In this document: piece after piece, positions 1 through 19,674 of the stretch | Position numbering within the stretch: position 1 is the first letter of the stretch | Layout of the letters: the number at the start of each line of letters is the position of its first letter | Assembly: GCA_038496445.1 (NCBI GenBank) | Contig: JALMLS010000304.1 | Location: forward strand, 434,001-498,000 | Reading direction: 5' to 3' | Length of the DNA stretch: 64,000 nt | Origin: Trichosphaerium sp. ATCC 40318 | Lineage: Eukaryota; Protista; Tubulinea | Made by a program: the position numbers and the translations under genes | The notes under the pieces: model-generated | Seen by the model: only the letters and a program-made list of their open reading frames with translations | The model's database searches: none | Told to the model about the DNA's origin: nothing

Positions 1-203
1 ACCGCGACCAAGGGTTACGCTATGTTGAACTCCTTGACATGGACACGTACGATGTACCTGACAGCGTTCATAATGGCGAAGAGCCTAGCCACGTGAATTT
101 GGTAGTAGCTTGGGTAATCCTTAGCGCCGCTCTTGCAACGACCATAATCACTTTTACTCTATTGTATGTTATTGGTTCTAAACCAGCTACGTACACTAGA
201 TGA
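1..203 (+). CDS. 3' end of a gene encoding a protein with a C-terminal transmembrane helix (partial)
   Basis: Frame 3 is open from the window start: ...HVNLVVAWVILSAALATTIITFTLLYVIGSKPATYTR, TGA at 201-203. Hydrophobic segment near the C-terminus. Confidence 0.5.
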   Translation, partial: RDQGLRYVELLDMDTYDVPDSVHNGEEPSHVNLVVAWVILSAALATTIITFTLLYVIGSKPATYTR

Positions 204-691
204 ATTTGAATCCATTGGTAAACACGAAAAACAAAATTGTACTCTAGTTTGAATTAAAAATAAATTGCAGCCATAAAAAGAGCACTGTGGTGGAACCGTT
301 ATTGCTTTTGGTAACGCGACCCGTTTTTATTTGTAAAAACACGTGAACGACGTCAACAAAGTTGAACACGTGTTTTTGTTATCTTGTAGGCACTGTTTTG
401 GGATGTTTTAACAACAGTTGCGTATTTTGGGTAACGGTTGGTTCAGGAAAGAAAAGCCTCTATTTGACCACTGTTCAAAAATACCATTTAATTAAAAACC
501 GCAATAGCGAGCTAACGTTCACTCAAAGCTGTTGGTGTCAACTGTTTTTAACTACTGCGCGTCAAAAAAAAAGCAACCGTCTTCAAAAAAACGAAAACAA
601 ACGCCACCACAGCACACGCTTGGGTTTTTCTACATCATTTAATTGAGCGCCTTTATGAACGAAAAACAGCAAACTCGCTCTTAGCGGCTAA

Positions 692-8273
<7,582 letters not shown>

Positions 8274-8881
8274 TGGAAGACAGGATTTATTTAATTCGAA
8301 AAATTTTTTTTGAAGAAGATTTTTTTTTTTTTGTTATTTTGGGAAAGTGTAAATAATATTGTAAAATTGTAAAGTGCGTAATACCTCAAAAAACAGTCTT
8401 CTTGTCTTTTGTTCGCGTGGCCCTTTTGGATAACGTTGATTTTTTGTTGGTTGATGCTTTTTTACTTCGTGCTATCATGGCGTGGTACATCGAACACTGG
8501 GATATATCAAAGGCTCATTACAATATTACATGTAACACGGTGCTTGTTGATATCAAGTAAATACGTTTCTAGAGAACTTCGTGAACTTGTTCTGTTAAAT
8601 ACTCTAATAAGATGCATGTGCATATGCATTAAGACCACTGTACGCGCGTGGGCATGCATTATTGTTGGCCCGCATTTAGATATTAATACTAATTTGGAAA
8701 GGTTCACCTAATTTGTAGATTTTTCAAAGGAGAAGCCATAAAACCTCCTTTCAGCTATTTCCCTTAGTACATTACTACGTTAGAAGTGAATAAGGCCCGC
8801 ACTAGCAAAAGACAAGCTACTGGTGGAATAGAAATACTCAATTTCATACGCTTCTCTCAATAACACAATCTCACGTAAAAA

Positions 8882-10873
8882 ATGCGCCAAGCAACGCTTC
8901 TTATCGTTATATGCGTTTTTACGTATGTTCTATGCTTAAAAGCAAGTAACCAATTGCAAACAAAAGGTAACATTCCAGTGTTTACCTCTGTACAAGGGCT
9001 ACTACAAAACAAAGGAGCAAAATATGTAGGCGCTTGTACACCCGTTGTAAGGGAGCTTACTCAATGGCACCAAAGATCAGTCAGCGTACCATCTTGGAGT
9101 AGTAAAGGTGGCGACCCTAGGCAGAAGAAAGTACAAGCCAGGTTAAAACATGGCATTAAACTTTATGAAGACAGCGGTAGAGGAAAGTATATGGGTCGTC
9201 AAATAGGGACTCTTGGAGCTAGTATCCACGTACTAGTATTGTCAGAGTACGCCATACTTTTTTTTTTTGGCTAATACAAAACGGGCCTATTTTCATAAAA
9301 ATTCCGGTTTTTTCCGCTTTTTTTGAATGAAAACTAGTTCACATTCTCCGACTTTCACCGCATCTATGAATCCATTATTTTTTGTAAAATAAGAAAAACT
9401 GTTGTTTTAACATGACACAGGGAATCTATTCGGTCGCGTTCTGGCACTGTTAAAATGGCGAGAGTTTACGTACAAAATGGTCAGTATTCTAGAAAACACG
9501 GGTGGGTCCAATACTCCCTTTTGGAGTCACGTGGTTCAAAAGTGCTTGTTATGAGGATTGTACTTAGAGGTGGTAGTCTACAACAGCAAATCGGTAATCA
9601 ACGAGTGTATACACTAGCATCAAACTTAATTCCCCGTAATCAATGGTGTGCATCAAGACCAAGTTCAACAAACACAGCAGGTTCAAGGAGGCCAGCAAGT
9701 TCAAGAGGTAGATCACAACGCCAGCAACTGCTAGACAATGTGGGGAATGACAATGGTTTCTTTGCGCGTGTTACTACGCCCGTTGTCATGTGCGCTGTTG
9801 GTTTGGGAGAAGGTGCTCTTGGTACCTTTAAAAGCACTTTGGGTATGATAAAAGGGGTTGCCACAAGAAATCGTGATGCAATAATGTCGCCGTGGAGCCG
9901 GAACGCACGCAACAGGTTAATTCAAGCTGGTCAAAGAGACGAACAAGCTATTATTGCAATGCTCAGTCTATCAAAAGATGCTGTACCTAAAATCCATGCC
10001 TTTATGGAAATGAAGTATGCCGAATACAAGCGTCTGAATCCCTCACAACAGACAAGACGACTGTGTAATGTTCTTGGTTTTATATCAAGTCAACTATTAA
10101 CAGCCATCGCATCATTGGGAGGTCCCGTTCTACAAAACAACTTGGGCGCGTCACGATATGCTGCCTTGATGACTGCTACAAAATCAGCACAGCTAACAGC
10201 AACAAGGTTTGCTGCATTAACATCTTTAGTGGGGAAACATGCTGTAAACGAACTCACACGTGCTCTTGACACATTAGGAAACGTTGCTAGTTCTGTGTCA
10301 AAGTATCTAGCATACTCAGTTAAACACGCTGACAAGTTGCTTTCAACACGCAAGTATTATAAAGCAGCGGAATTGGTGAGGATTGGTTCTAGTGCAGTAA
10401 AGATATCAGCCGGTTTGGGAAGAAGGCTTGGAAAACGATTGACTGTCACCGTCTACCGTGGTTCTTTCAAACAATTCGCTGCAACTCCAAAAGATGTTTG
10501 GAATGTGGGTCCATGGAGTTTGAATGCTAACGGAAGGTACTCTCCTCCTGGTGTTCAAGCTCTATACACAACCACAGCAAAGTCTAAAGCTGTGGCAACT
10601 AGGACAATTGTTGCTGAGTTTAAAGGGTCTGCTAAAGCTGCGGATTTGATATTTGATTCAAAAGTGGTTAGGATAAATGCTCTTTTGGATCTAACAGATC
10701 CAAAAATACTAAGACATTTGGGTATTACTCGATCACAGATTATGAATCTTAATTCGTATGAATTGACCCATCAACTCGGTTATTTAGCTAAACAATATGG
10801 CTATGATGCTATCAGATTTCCATCTGCCCAAATACGAGAGGCAGCAAACATTGTTCTATTGTCCGGATTCTAA
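8882..10873 (+). CDS. Secreted protein with C-terminal RES-domain toxin (2 exons: 8882-9246, 9421-10873; about 605 aa)
   Basis: Signal peptide MRQATLLIVICVFTYVLC. A GTACGC donor at 9247 and CAG acceptor at 9420 join the two ORFs in frame (phase 2). The last ~140 aa carry RES motifs: VYRG, NGRYS, ALYT, VAE, LLDLTD, YELTHQLG, GYDAIRFPSA, ANIVL. Confidence 0.85.
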
Positions 10874-10960
10874 ATGTTGAACAATAAAAAAATCACGTGT
10901 TTTAGCACGTGTTAACATAAGAACGATAAATTTCGCTGCTTTTGATTTTTATTCTGTTTT

Positions 10961-13900
10961 TCAAACCAAACCAAATCCCTTACAATTGTTTATGGCTGTC
11001 AACACCCTTTCTTTCATTCTTGCCTTAAACGCATACTCTGGTAGTAGTAATAAAGAAAAACAAGTATGTGATGTTGGCAACCTAAATAAGTTGTTATAAC
11101 GCACGAGGAGAAAGGAAGAAAATCAGTTTGATTGGTTTTTCTTGGTTTTTTGTACCTGTCTGAATCACCTCCATTCTTTTGAATTCTAAACTGTAAACTT
11201 GCTAGACCTTTAACAGGTGCTCTATCAGATCCAGTAACAAAGAACAATAGTTTTTTCTTTTCTTCTTCACTCATCTCGTGAACAATCTAGAATTCAAAAA
11301 TAAGCTCTGAAAACAAAACGGTCTAAACATCTCTTGGTTTGTATGTTTTACCTCCCAAAACTGTTTGATGATATCATCAAATTTACCATATCCAATATAC
11401 TCTGTTACTTTTTCAAGTTCGTGAAAGTCAAGATCTAGAAAACACATGTCAAAAACTGTTTCGAAAAAAAACAACAAAAATATAATTACCTGTTTCTCCG
11501 CAAATCAGAGTTTCAAGTTCTTCTGGGCTGCAAAGCTAAACAATAATGTCACATAACAAAAAAAAAACGGGAACAACATACATTCAAAGCATCGCCTCCA
11601 CATAAGAAATGAAAGCCCTTACAACAGTACATAAGCAAACGTTGGATTTCGCTGAAAATGAAAAACTTATACCTTTGCAAACGCGTCGAATTGCTTCTCA
11701 ATAGACTTCTCCAATAAGTATTCCACATATAAATCTACAAACTCTACAAATTAACATTAAAACCAGCCACTCTTTGAAATCAAAGCAAACCTTTAACATT
11801 CTCCTTGGTGACATCTTTTGTGCTACCTACAAATAATTGATGAAAAAAACTAGCAAAAAAAAAGATTCTCAAACCTCCTTCAACAAGTTCAACTACTGTT
11901 GGTGTTCGGTCAATACCAGATTCTACTGTAATCTCAAAAGCAAACATAGAGGCCTCTAAATGGGCTTTTGGTAAGTCTAGCATCTTTTGAAGAGAGTTGC
12001 CAATAGCCTAACACGTGCAAATGTTAGAAAAAAAATTATAAACGTCTGAACAAAAAAAAAAGCGTACTGGATTCTGTTCCTTTAAATCCTCTAAAGTAGG
12101 TTTCATACCTAAGAGCCTCTTATAAATAACCAACGGGAAATGTATGTCGAGTATAACACCATTATAGATTGCTAAACCTAGAATCTTGCACCAGAGTTAA
12201 ACGAAGATAGAATGCTAATTCATGAAAAAAAGGAAAAAAAAAGGAATAAAAAGGGTAAGTCATTGAGTGGATACAATTCCAATAAACTTATAAAGTTGGT
12301 CTGCGTCTAAAGCGTAGTCACTAAACCAATAGGATCTATTCTTCTCATTATGAATCCATAGTCCAAAATCAACATTAAATATTTCTTCAACAAGTAATTG
12401 AAATAATTCTTTTTGAACGCCACCAAGATCTGCTCCTTCTTCACCTGAAAACTTTACTTTAAGTGGCTTCTTTAAATGTTCTGATTTTGCTCTTATTTGT
12501 TCAATCATATCAACAACAACATGAGTCCTCCTTACTTCAACAAGAAGAGAAGGAACAGTGGCTTTTTCAATCTGCTCAAAAGCAGCATTGGAAGAAGGAG
12601 TGTCATTCATGATGTACCCACCGTATGCTCTTAAAGTCATTGCATCTTGTATCTCTGACGCCATTTGTATAAAAGAGTCCAAGTGCATTAACTTTGCTTT
12701 CGCAAAAGGTCCAAAAAGGAAAGGATATTTAAAGAAAGAAAAATCTTTTGATGAAGATTGCTTGTCTTCTGACTTTGAATCTTTCCAATGCTTGTAATGT
12801 GTCTTAAAATTAAGCTTATTACATAAAGGCATATTATAAAAGTATGTATAAGGAACAATATCCTCAACAGCATTGATATTATCTAAGTAAACAAAGTGAG
12901 CACAAAAAAAACTACAAACAAAAAAATTCTTACATAATCTCTTCAGCAAAGTACAACAATTTTGTATCAACGTCGGTACTTTCTGTGGTGGAGTCCCTGA
13001 CTTGAATCCTGTATTTAATACGTATGTAATAACACTCAAAAGATATTCTAACTCATCACCAGTTGAATCAAGTTCTTTAAGTACCCTACAAAATGATACT
13101 AGCATAGGCTCTGAAAGTGCAAGTAAAACGAGAACAAAGAAATCAGAAATATTATTATACTTGAATGTCATTAACCCAGGCACCTTCAAAAAATTAGTTT
13201 CCTTATTTTGGTACCCACGTGTTTAAACAAAGGTATTTAGGATACAGAAAAGGTACCTTAAGTATAATCAGCAATGCACGTAGTTCACTTGGAACACTAA
13301 ATTTGCTTGCGTGTTTGATTAGAGTAGGCATAAGTAATTCAAGTGCATTCACCAAGGCGCTCTCTAGTATATCTTGCTTTGTTATTCTTGCATACGCCTT
13401 TGGTATTGATAGGATATCTAGGGGTATATATACAGTTGATAAACTATCAGTAGGGACATCTACCAATAACGTTTTATAGTCTCGCTTCAAGAATGAATTA
13501 TTCAACGCGATTACAGATGAAAAGACGCTTTTGATACGCTTCGCTAGTACACCCTGTTGATTATTGCTTAACGTTTTAACAACGTAAACATAGTTGATAC
13601 AATGTTGCACATTCTGTGAAGTAACAACATCTGCGGAAAGAGCTAAAAAGAAAGAGTTTATTAGCTAAAGAAACAGGTAATAAAAATCTTGCCCAGTGTC
13701 GTTTCGTCCTTAGAATGACCTCCACTGTAGAACACATACTTGTTTTCAGGTTCACTACTACTTTGTTCTGTGTTTTGTGTGCCTAAATATTTCTTTCTAA
13801 TTAAAAACTACAAAACGTGACAATCACGTGTTGAGAACCACATACCAAAGACCAAAAATCCAGGGTTGGTGTCTTCATATTCTTTTTTGGCAAACATTGA

Positions 13901-14427
13901 CTGCATGAGAGGACTGTGATCAACAAGTGAAGCCATATACTTTATGGCGGGCATCAATGGTTTCACACTGTCTAAAACTTTGTGAAAAATTTGAATATTA
14001 TAACGTAGAATTCGTCTCTTCGCCTTACACGCAGTGGCAGTGGTCTTCCTTGTGAAATTTTCACAAAAGTAAGTCTTTTTGTGCCCAGCTAATACGCAAC
14101 ATAGCGCTTTCGCGTCTCTGCGGTCTAAGTGAATCCCATCTAAAACCATATGAATTAAAACGCGCGTTGAAAGCATTTTGCTTACTATCACAGGATTTAC
14201 AAAATACGTTGTAACAACGATCTGAACAACACCCATACGTTAATTGAAAGAAGTATCTAGGTAAGTTAAGTAAAATTAGGGTAAAATAATTATTATTCAT
14301 GAATATACCGTTGCACACGCTTGGAGAATACATTATGAGCATTCTCAAGGTCTACAAATGTTAATGTCGTTTAACACGCATAACTTGTACCAAGCGATTC
14401 ATTGATGGTCACATTAGTGACCTGCAT
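10961..14427 (-). CDS. HECT E3 ubiquitin ligase, UBE3A/HECTD2-like, with N-terminal AZUL-type zinc-binding motif
   Basis: N-terminal [26 protein letters not shown] motifs [60 protein letters not shown] (catalytic Cys), ending GFGLV-stop. Start codon approximate. Confidence 0.92.
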
Positions 14428-14803
14428 GTCACTATCAACACCAATAAACCGTTATTAGTGTCAAAAATTCGTTGTAACTTAGTGAACCAGACTTATCACG
14501 TTGTTTGCTTCGGATTCGTTACAACTGCCGTAGAGATGGTAATACACTTACAAAAACTTGTCGTATTGCCTAATAGAGCAAACGGAGAAACGTTAAAACG
14601 TACACTTTCATTTTTTATTTTTCCAAAATGTCGATTTCGGTTCTTCATCAAGGCCGCTTATGCGCACGTAAACGCACTCTTACAAAAATAGCGCGTCAAA
14701 GTTAGTCATTTACATCAAGTTACAAAATACATTTCACACGAACTTTCAACGACAACATAGCGAATATTCTGGCTTGCCAGAGCCGTATGGCACCTTTTAT
14801 ACA

Positions 14804-16709
14804 ATGAGCGCAATACGTTGGCCAGATCGTGCTGTTGATACATCAAATAGCAGTTCATTTGGTGAAGCCACTACGCTGAATAGATCAGAGCTAAGGAGAG
14901 AATATGGCACCTCTGCAGAATATTTGGGTGATTTTCAAATACCAAACAACGCCAATATACACTCGATCGAAGACCTAGAGCGTAAGGAAGGTCAAGAATA
15001 CAAAAAGTTAGATGTTGTAAAAACTATTACCCACATGCTTGGTTTGATATTTGTTAGCGTTGTATCAATAATAGGTGCGCGAAATAGCTGCTTTAAAGCT
15101 CTTAAATCGTAAGTACATTCTAACGACTTTAAAAGCGTGGTGGTTTACAGGTAGAAGGTTTCCATGGTTCATATTCGTCATTGCTACTTATCTTATTGGC
15201 TGGGAATCGCATTTCTGGCTGTCGAAGATTTGCCAAGTGTCAAAACGAGGAAAGGGCTGCAAATCATCAAAAAAACTACGTCACTACGCATTTTATATGC
15301 ACTTGACCATGTCAATTACAGTAAATGCTGTATTGGTGCTGACCTGGTATTTATTACTCGACAAACTAAAGATACACTTCCCTTGGTTCATTTACTCTGC
15401 CGGTACGTAAAATGAAAGTAGTGAAAATATTATAACGCAAGTTCTTTCCTCGTCGCTTCTCCACTTCTCGAAGTCTTTAAAAAACACTTGCTGCGCGTAT
15501 ACGTTTTATTTACACGTTTTCAGGAGCAAGTGGCATCTTACTCATTTTTCACTTTTACGTGGCGTTCTACGGATACAAAAGACTATGGATGCTACCTCAA
15601 CTAGCTATGTTCGTCATAGTTAACCTAGTAAATGTCTGTACTTGGTATTTTAACACTAAGATGGGTTATTCACCATATCCTTGGTTCTTATGGCCTTGTG
15701 GTGTATGGACTGTGCTGTTGCTATTGCAATTTTTAGTATTTGCGATCTACACTATTTGTTCAAGAAAGAAAAGACGCTCCAAATCAAAACAAACCGTTCC
15801 TATCCTACCAGAAAGTATATCTACACAATCTTATACTTCTGCTGAAGATGGTAGAGCTATCGTTATACCGACATCTCGATACCAGACTCTTACGTACGCC
15901 ATTCTTTCGAAGACTTGAATTCACAAAAAAATTGTTACGATAATTTTGGACATTTTCGTTTCTTTTGTACAACAAAACGTACTTCAAGAAAACCTCACTA
16001 ATGCCACTGTCTTACCCATCCTTTTTTTTTAGAGAACATCAATGGAAGCAACTACGACTTACTCTAGCTGATGTAGAGGATTACAACTCACAGACAAAAC
16101 AAATCGGACGAAAATATCCACGAAGTACATTCACTCAAACTGTTCTTCTCTATCTAATCTCTACCTAGGATCACAATCACCACCAGTGTACGAAGTTGAG
16201 CAAGTAGGGAGTCCTTCTTGTCCAACATTTCCGACTCTTCATCATGGTAACGAACCCGTTACTATTCCCAATAATATACCTGCTGGTACATATTTTTTTT
16301 AATTTGTTGGTTGAGAAATTTACAACGCCTTTTTTTTTGTTCTATTTTTTAACATCGAATGCACTTGTATTGTTATTAGTAAAACCTACTGTGAATCCCA
16401 ATTACTGGGATTTCAGTAATTTGTACAAAAAAAAGTTCAACGAAAAATTTTTCAAAAGCCGACCGTTTTTTTATGTATAGTCGCCACATATTGACACTCT
16501 TTTGCTTAGATCCAAGTGGATATGACTCTCCTGAAGTTTACAATATTTCAACATCAAATTTTTCACCCGTCAATCTCGCTGTACATACTCCAAACGATTG
16601 GCAAAATTCCGGGCATAAAACGGACCATGATGATGAAAATAACCGTGATATACCAGTTGATCGGTTTTGTGAGCGTGGAGAGCTTGATGAGGATAGTTTT
16701 CTTCCGTGA
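14804..16709 (+). CDS. Multi-pass membrane protein with tandem 2TM-like repeats and a low-complexity cytosolic tail
   Basis: Repeated unit H..(hydrophobic)..VN....W....(F/Y)PWF: FPWFIFV, FYMHLTMSITVNAVLVLTW...FPWFIYS, FVIVNLVNVCTWY...YPWFLWPCGVW. 3' end uncertain. Confidence 0.6.
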
Positions 16710-17014
16710 CAACACGCCCCAACCAGAAAAAAAAAAACAAAACAAAAAACTTCAAAAAGGAAAATCAATGAAGTCTCAAAGGAAAGACAAGTGATTTTTT
16801 AAATACAGATTGTACAATACCGGCAATGTAAATAACTAGTGCCATTCGAGAAAGTCTTTGCAGCCTCCCATTGTTTTTTTTCTTTTTTTTGTTTTTCATG
16901 TTTGTTTTGTTTGTAAAGGCGTCTTTCGGTTCTGCACGGCGCTTTTAAGAGAATATTACAGTTTGGAGAGATATAGAGCGGCTCCAAAGGTTATTTGGTT
17001 GATGAGTTAATTGC

Positions 17015-17447
17015 TTATCCACGTTGTAGGTTGATTTGTTTACCACGCTTCTTTCTTCGTTTCTTTTCTGCTCTACGCTTCTTTTTGTTTTTTCTTCCTT
17101 CCTTGCACTCAATTATTTGTATTTGCGCATCAATAGGGCTCAACGATGCGGTAGGTATGGATGAGTAAGGTACAACAGCTGAAAATTCAACCTGATAATG
17201 AAATCAATACTAAATAACGCCTAATTTTATGTCTAACCTCTGTTCGTTCAATCTTAATAAGTTCTAATGCTGATTTGTCTCTTGGGATCCAAGAACCAAC
17301 GCGAGTTTGATTTACGCTATTGGGACGTACAGAAGGAGTATGGACACTACGAGCCTGTACCCTCGTGGTAACTTTGTGTGTAGGCCTTACCATCATCCTC
17401 GATGCGATAGAACGCATTGACACTCGCGCGAGCTTTGCTGCAAGCAT
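17015..17447 (-). CDS. Small probable mitochondrial protein with a highly basic C-terminus (possible mitoribosomal mS38/COX24-like)
   Basis: Arg/Ser-rich acid-free N-terminus MLAAKLARVSMRSIASRMMVRP. After one intron the frame ends ...IECKEGRKNKKKRRAEKKRRKKRGKQINLQRG-stop. Family assignment is weak. Confidence 0.5.
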
Positions 17448-17534
17448 AGCGGCGGATACTGATATAAAACTTAACTCAACTAAGCAACAGAGGTGACAAC
17501 GCTTACACCTAGAGCTTACGCTGTTTTCTAAAGC

Positions 17535-18488
17535 ATGTTACGGTACGGTGTTACTTTAACACGCTCACGCAGTGTTTGTATGTCACAACGGCGTGCCATT
17601 ACGCGTGTTAGTTGTAAACGGTTCTGTACAGGGTACGATAATGGCTTTGAAGGGCGTTTTTAATTTTAATTGGCTAAATACGCGTGTACAGAAGGCGAAA
17701 GACACCAAGCGAGAAGCTAATTGAAGAAATGCCCGATTTACCTCCGTTGCCTAATCTACAAGATAAAACATGGCTAAAACTACCAAAGGAAGAGGAAATA
17801 GAGAAGCTAGAAGCTCAAGCACAAGAAATGCAGAAAAAAACATCTGCAGTTGAAGATATACAACAAAAATCATTGCTTAAACCTGGACGATACAGCGTTT
17901 CTGGCACGTGATTTAGAAGACATTGTCAATCAAAATATTGACACTATTAACAATAGGATACAATGACATCGCATTTGTTATTGACAAGAAGCCAATAGAA
18001 GGATCTCTTGTTGTATTTAGAGATGGGTATTTTTTTTGACACTTTTAGTTTTTTTTTGTTGGAGACAGCAAGCTAACAAATAACTGTATTAGGTATCTAA
18101 GTTGGAAACCTAAAAACTTTGCAAGGCTTACAATTGATGACTTTGCAATGTTATGGTTACATAATCCTTTACCAAGTACGTTTGTTAAATTGCAAATCAG
18201 ATTCTTACTTTCCTTTTTTTTATTGCCTTACAATGAGCGTTTAGCAACGGTTCTATTTGGTACTGGAAGCACACATCACATGTTGTCTTCTGAATTAGAA
18301 GATCAATTACTGGCAAAAGGCATTGGGGTTTCCACAATGCAGACTGTAAGTTTGTTTTTATTCAAGTGTCAAAACTTTAGAGCTGACATTACACCTTGTA
18401 GAGGTTTGCTGTTGGAGACTGGAACTACCTCTTAATGGATGGCCGAAAAGATATTGCGTGCCTGTTATTGCCCCATGGTTCTCCATAA
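17535..18488 (+). CDS. NDUFAF3: Mth938/DUF498-domain protein, complex I assembly factor 3-like
   Basis: Presequence-like MLRYGVTLTRSRS. Motifs VLFGTG, LLAKGIGVSTMQT, WNYLLMDGRKDIACLLLP. Confidence 0.75.
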
Positions 18489-18850
18489 TTTAATGACTAA
18501 TAAATACCACTACCCCTTTGTATATTTATGTGGAAGTATCAAAACAGGATTGACAATTTTTGGAACGTAAAAAAGGAAATTCTCGTTTACTGAAAGATCT
18601 TCTCAGTTCATCTTTTTGTGAACCTGTTTTTTACCTTAGTGCGCTGAAAGCTCATCAGAGGAGTTAGGTATTTATCACGTCACGTTTCTTGAGTTTACTA
18701 AGTTCGGTTACAGAACGAATTCGTACAATTATGCGCCACCACAGCCTAGTAGTAGTAAAGAAGTGCGTACTACAACGTTACAAAAGTGGATACAACTACT
18801 TGGCTTAACACACAAAGCGCACTTAGGGTCATTCTTCCTGATTCTCTCCC

Positions 18851-19477
18851 ATGTCAAGTACGTCTAGAAGCGGAAAAATTATTTGGTGGTCTGACGTGTT
18901 TGTTAGCACAAATTAAAGTAGGTGATACATTCCCAGACGTAACTGTTACACTATGGAAGGATAAACCAACCCCTGCTCAAACCAACGATTTGTTCAAGGG
19001 CAAAAAAGGTATTTAACTCATCCTAGCGTATGTACGTACTAATTTGGATGCCCTAGTTGTACTTTTCAGCATTCCTGGAGCTTTTACCCCAACATGCTCA
19101 AACGATCACTGCCCATCCTTCAGACTTGGCGCAAAAGATCTAAAGGCTAAAGTACGACAAAAAATTACACCGAAAAGTTTTCTAACCAATTTTGAAAGGG
19201 TGTTGATCTTGTGTGCTGCACAGCTGTAAACGATGCTTTCGTTTTGGAGGCTTTCCGTGAGTCTCAGAAAATCACTGATGAAGTAACGTTCCTTGCTGAC
19301 GGTTCTGCTGTTTTGGCAAAGAAACTCGGATTAGAGTTAGACCTCGTAGCTATGGGCTTGGGTGTCCGTGGTAAACGTTTCGCCATTATCATCGATGACT
19401 TGAAGGTCACTCACGTTGCGGTCTCTGCTAAGGGCATGGAAGGCACAAGCTGTGACGATATTCTCAAGGTCTTGTGA
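18851..19477 (+). CDS. PRDX5: Type II peroxiredoxin (Prx5 family)
   Basis: IKVGDTFPD, VVLFSIPGAFTPTCS, AVNDAFV, FLADGSA, GLGVRGKRFAIII. Confidence 0.95.
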
Positions 19478-19674
19478 ACTGCTAAATTGTAGAACGAAAA
19501 TAAAACCGCCTAAAACACGCAGTCACACTTGATTTCGCGTACCATACCATACTCTCTTTTTTTACTGTGATTTAGAGCAACCTTATGCAAACGTTATAAT
19601 ACTGTTTTATTAACGATCCTTTGGAGGAGTAGCAGGAGCCCTTGATAAGTATATCAATTGTTATGAGATTTAAC

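Noticed and set aside
362-646. 94-aa ORF upstream of the Roco gene
   Set aside because: Non-ATG start, no recognisable motifs, lies in promoter/5' UTR space.
8612-8629. Imperfect palindrome ATGCATGTGCATATGCAT upstream of the RES gene
   Set aside because: Short, single copy, consistent with the general alternating purine-pyrimidine bias; no TIR partner or target-site duplication seen.
8409-8711. 100-aa ORF and antisense 66-aa ORF just upstream of the RES gene as a possible antitoxin/immunity gene
   Set aside because: Non-ATG starts, no Xre/HTH or DUF2384-like pattern, composition typical of intergenic DNA.
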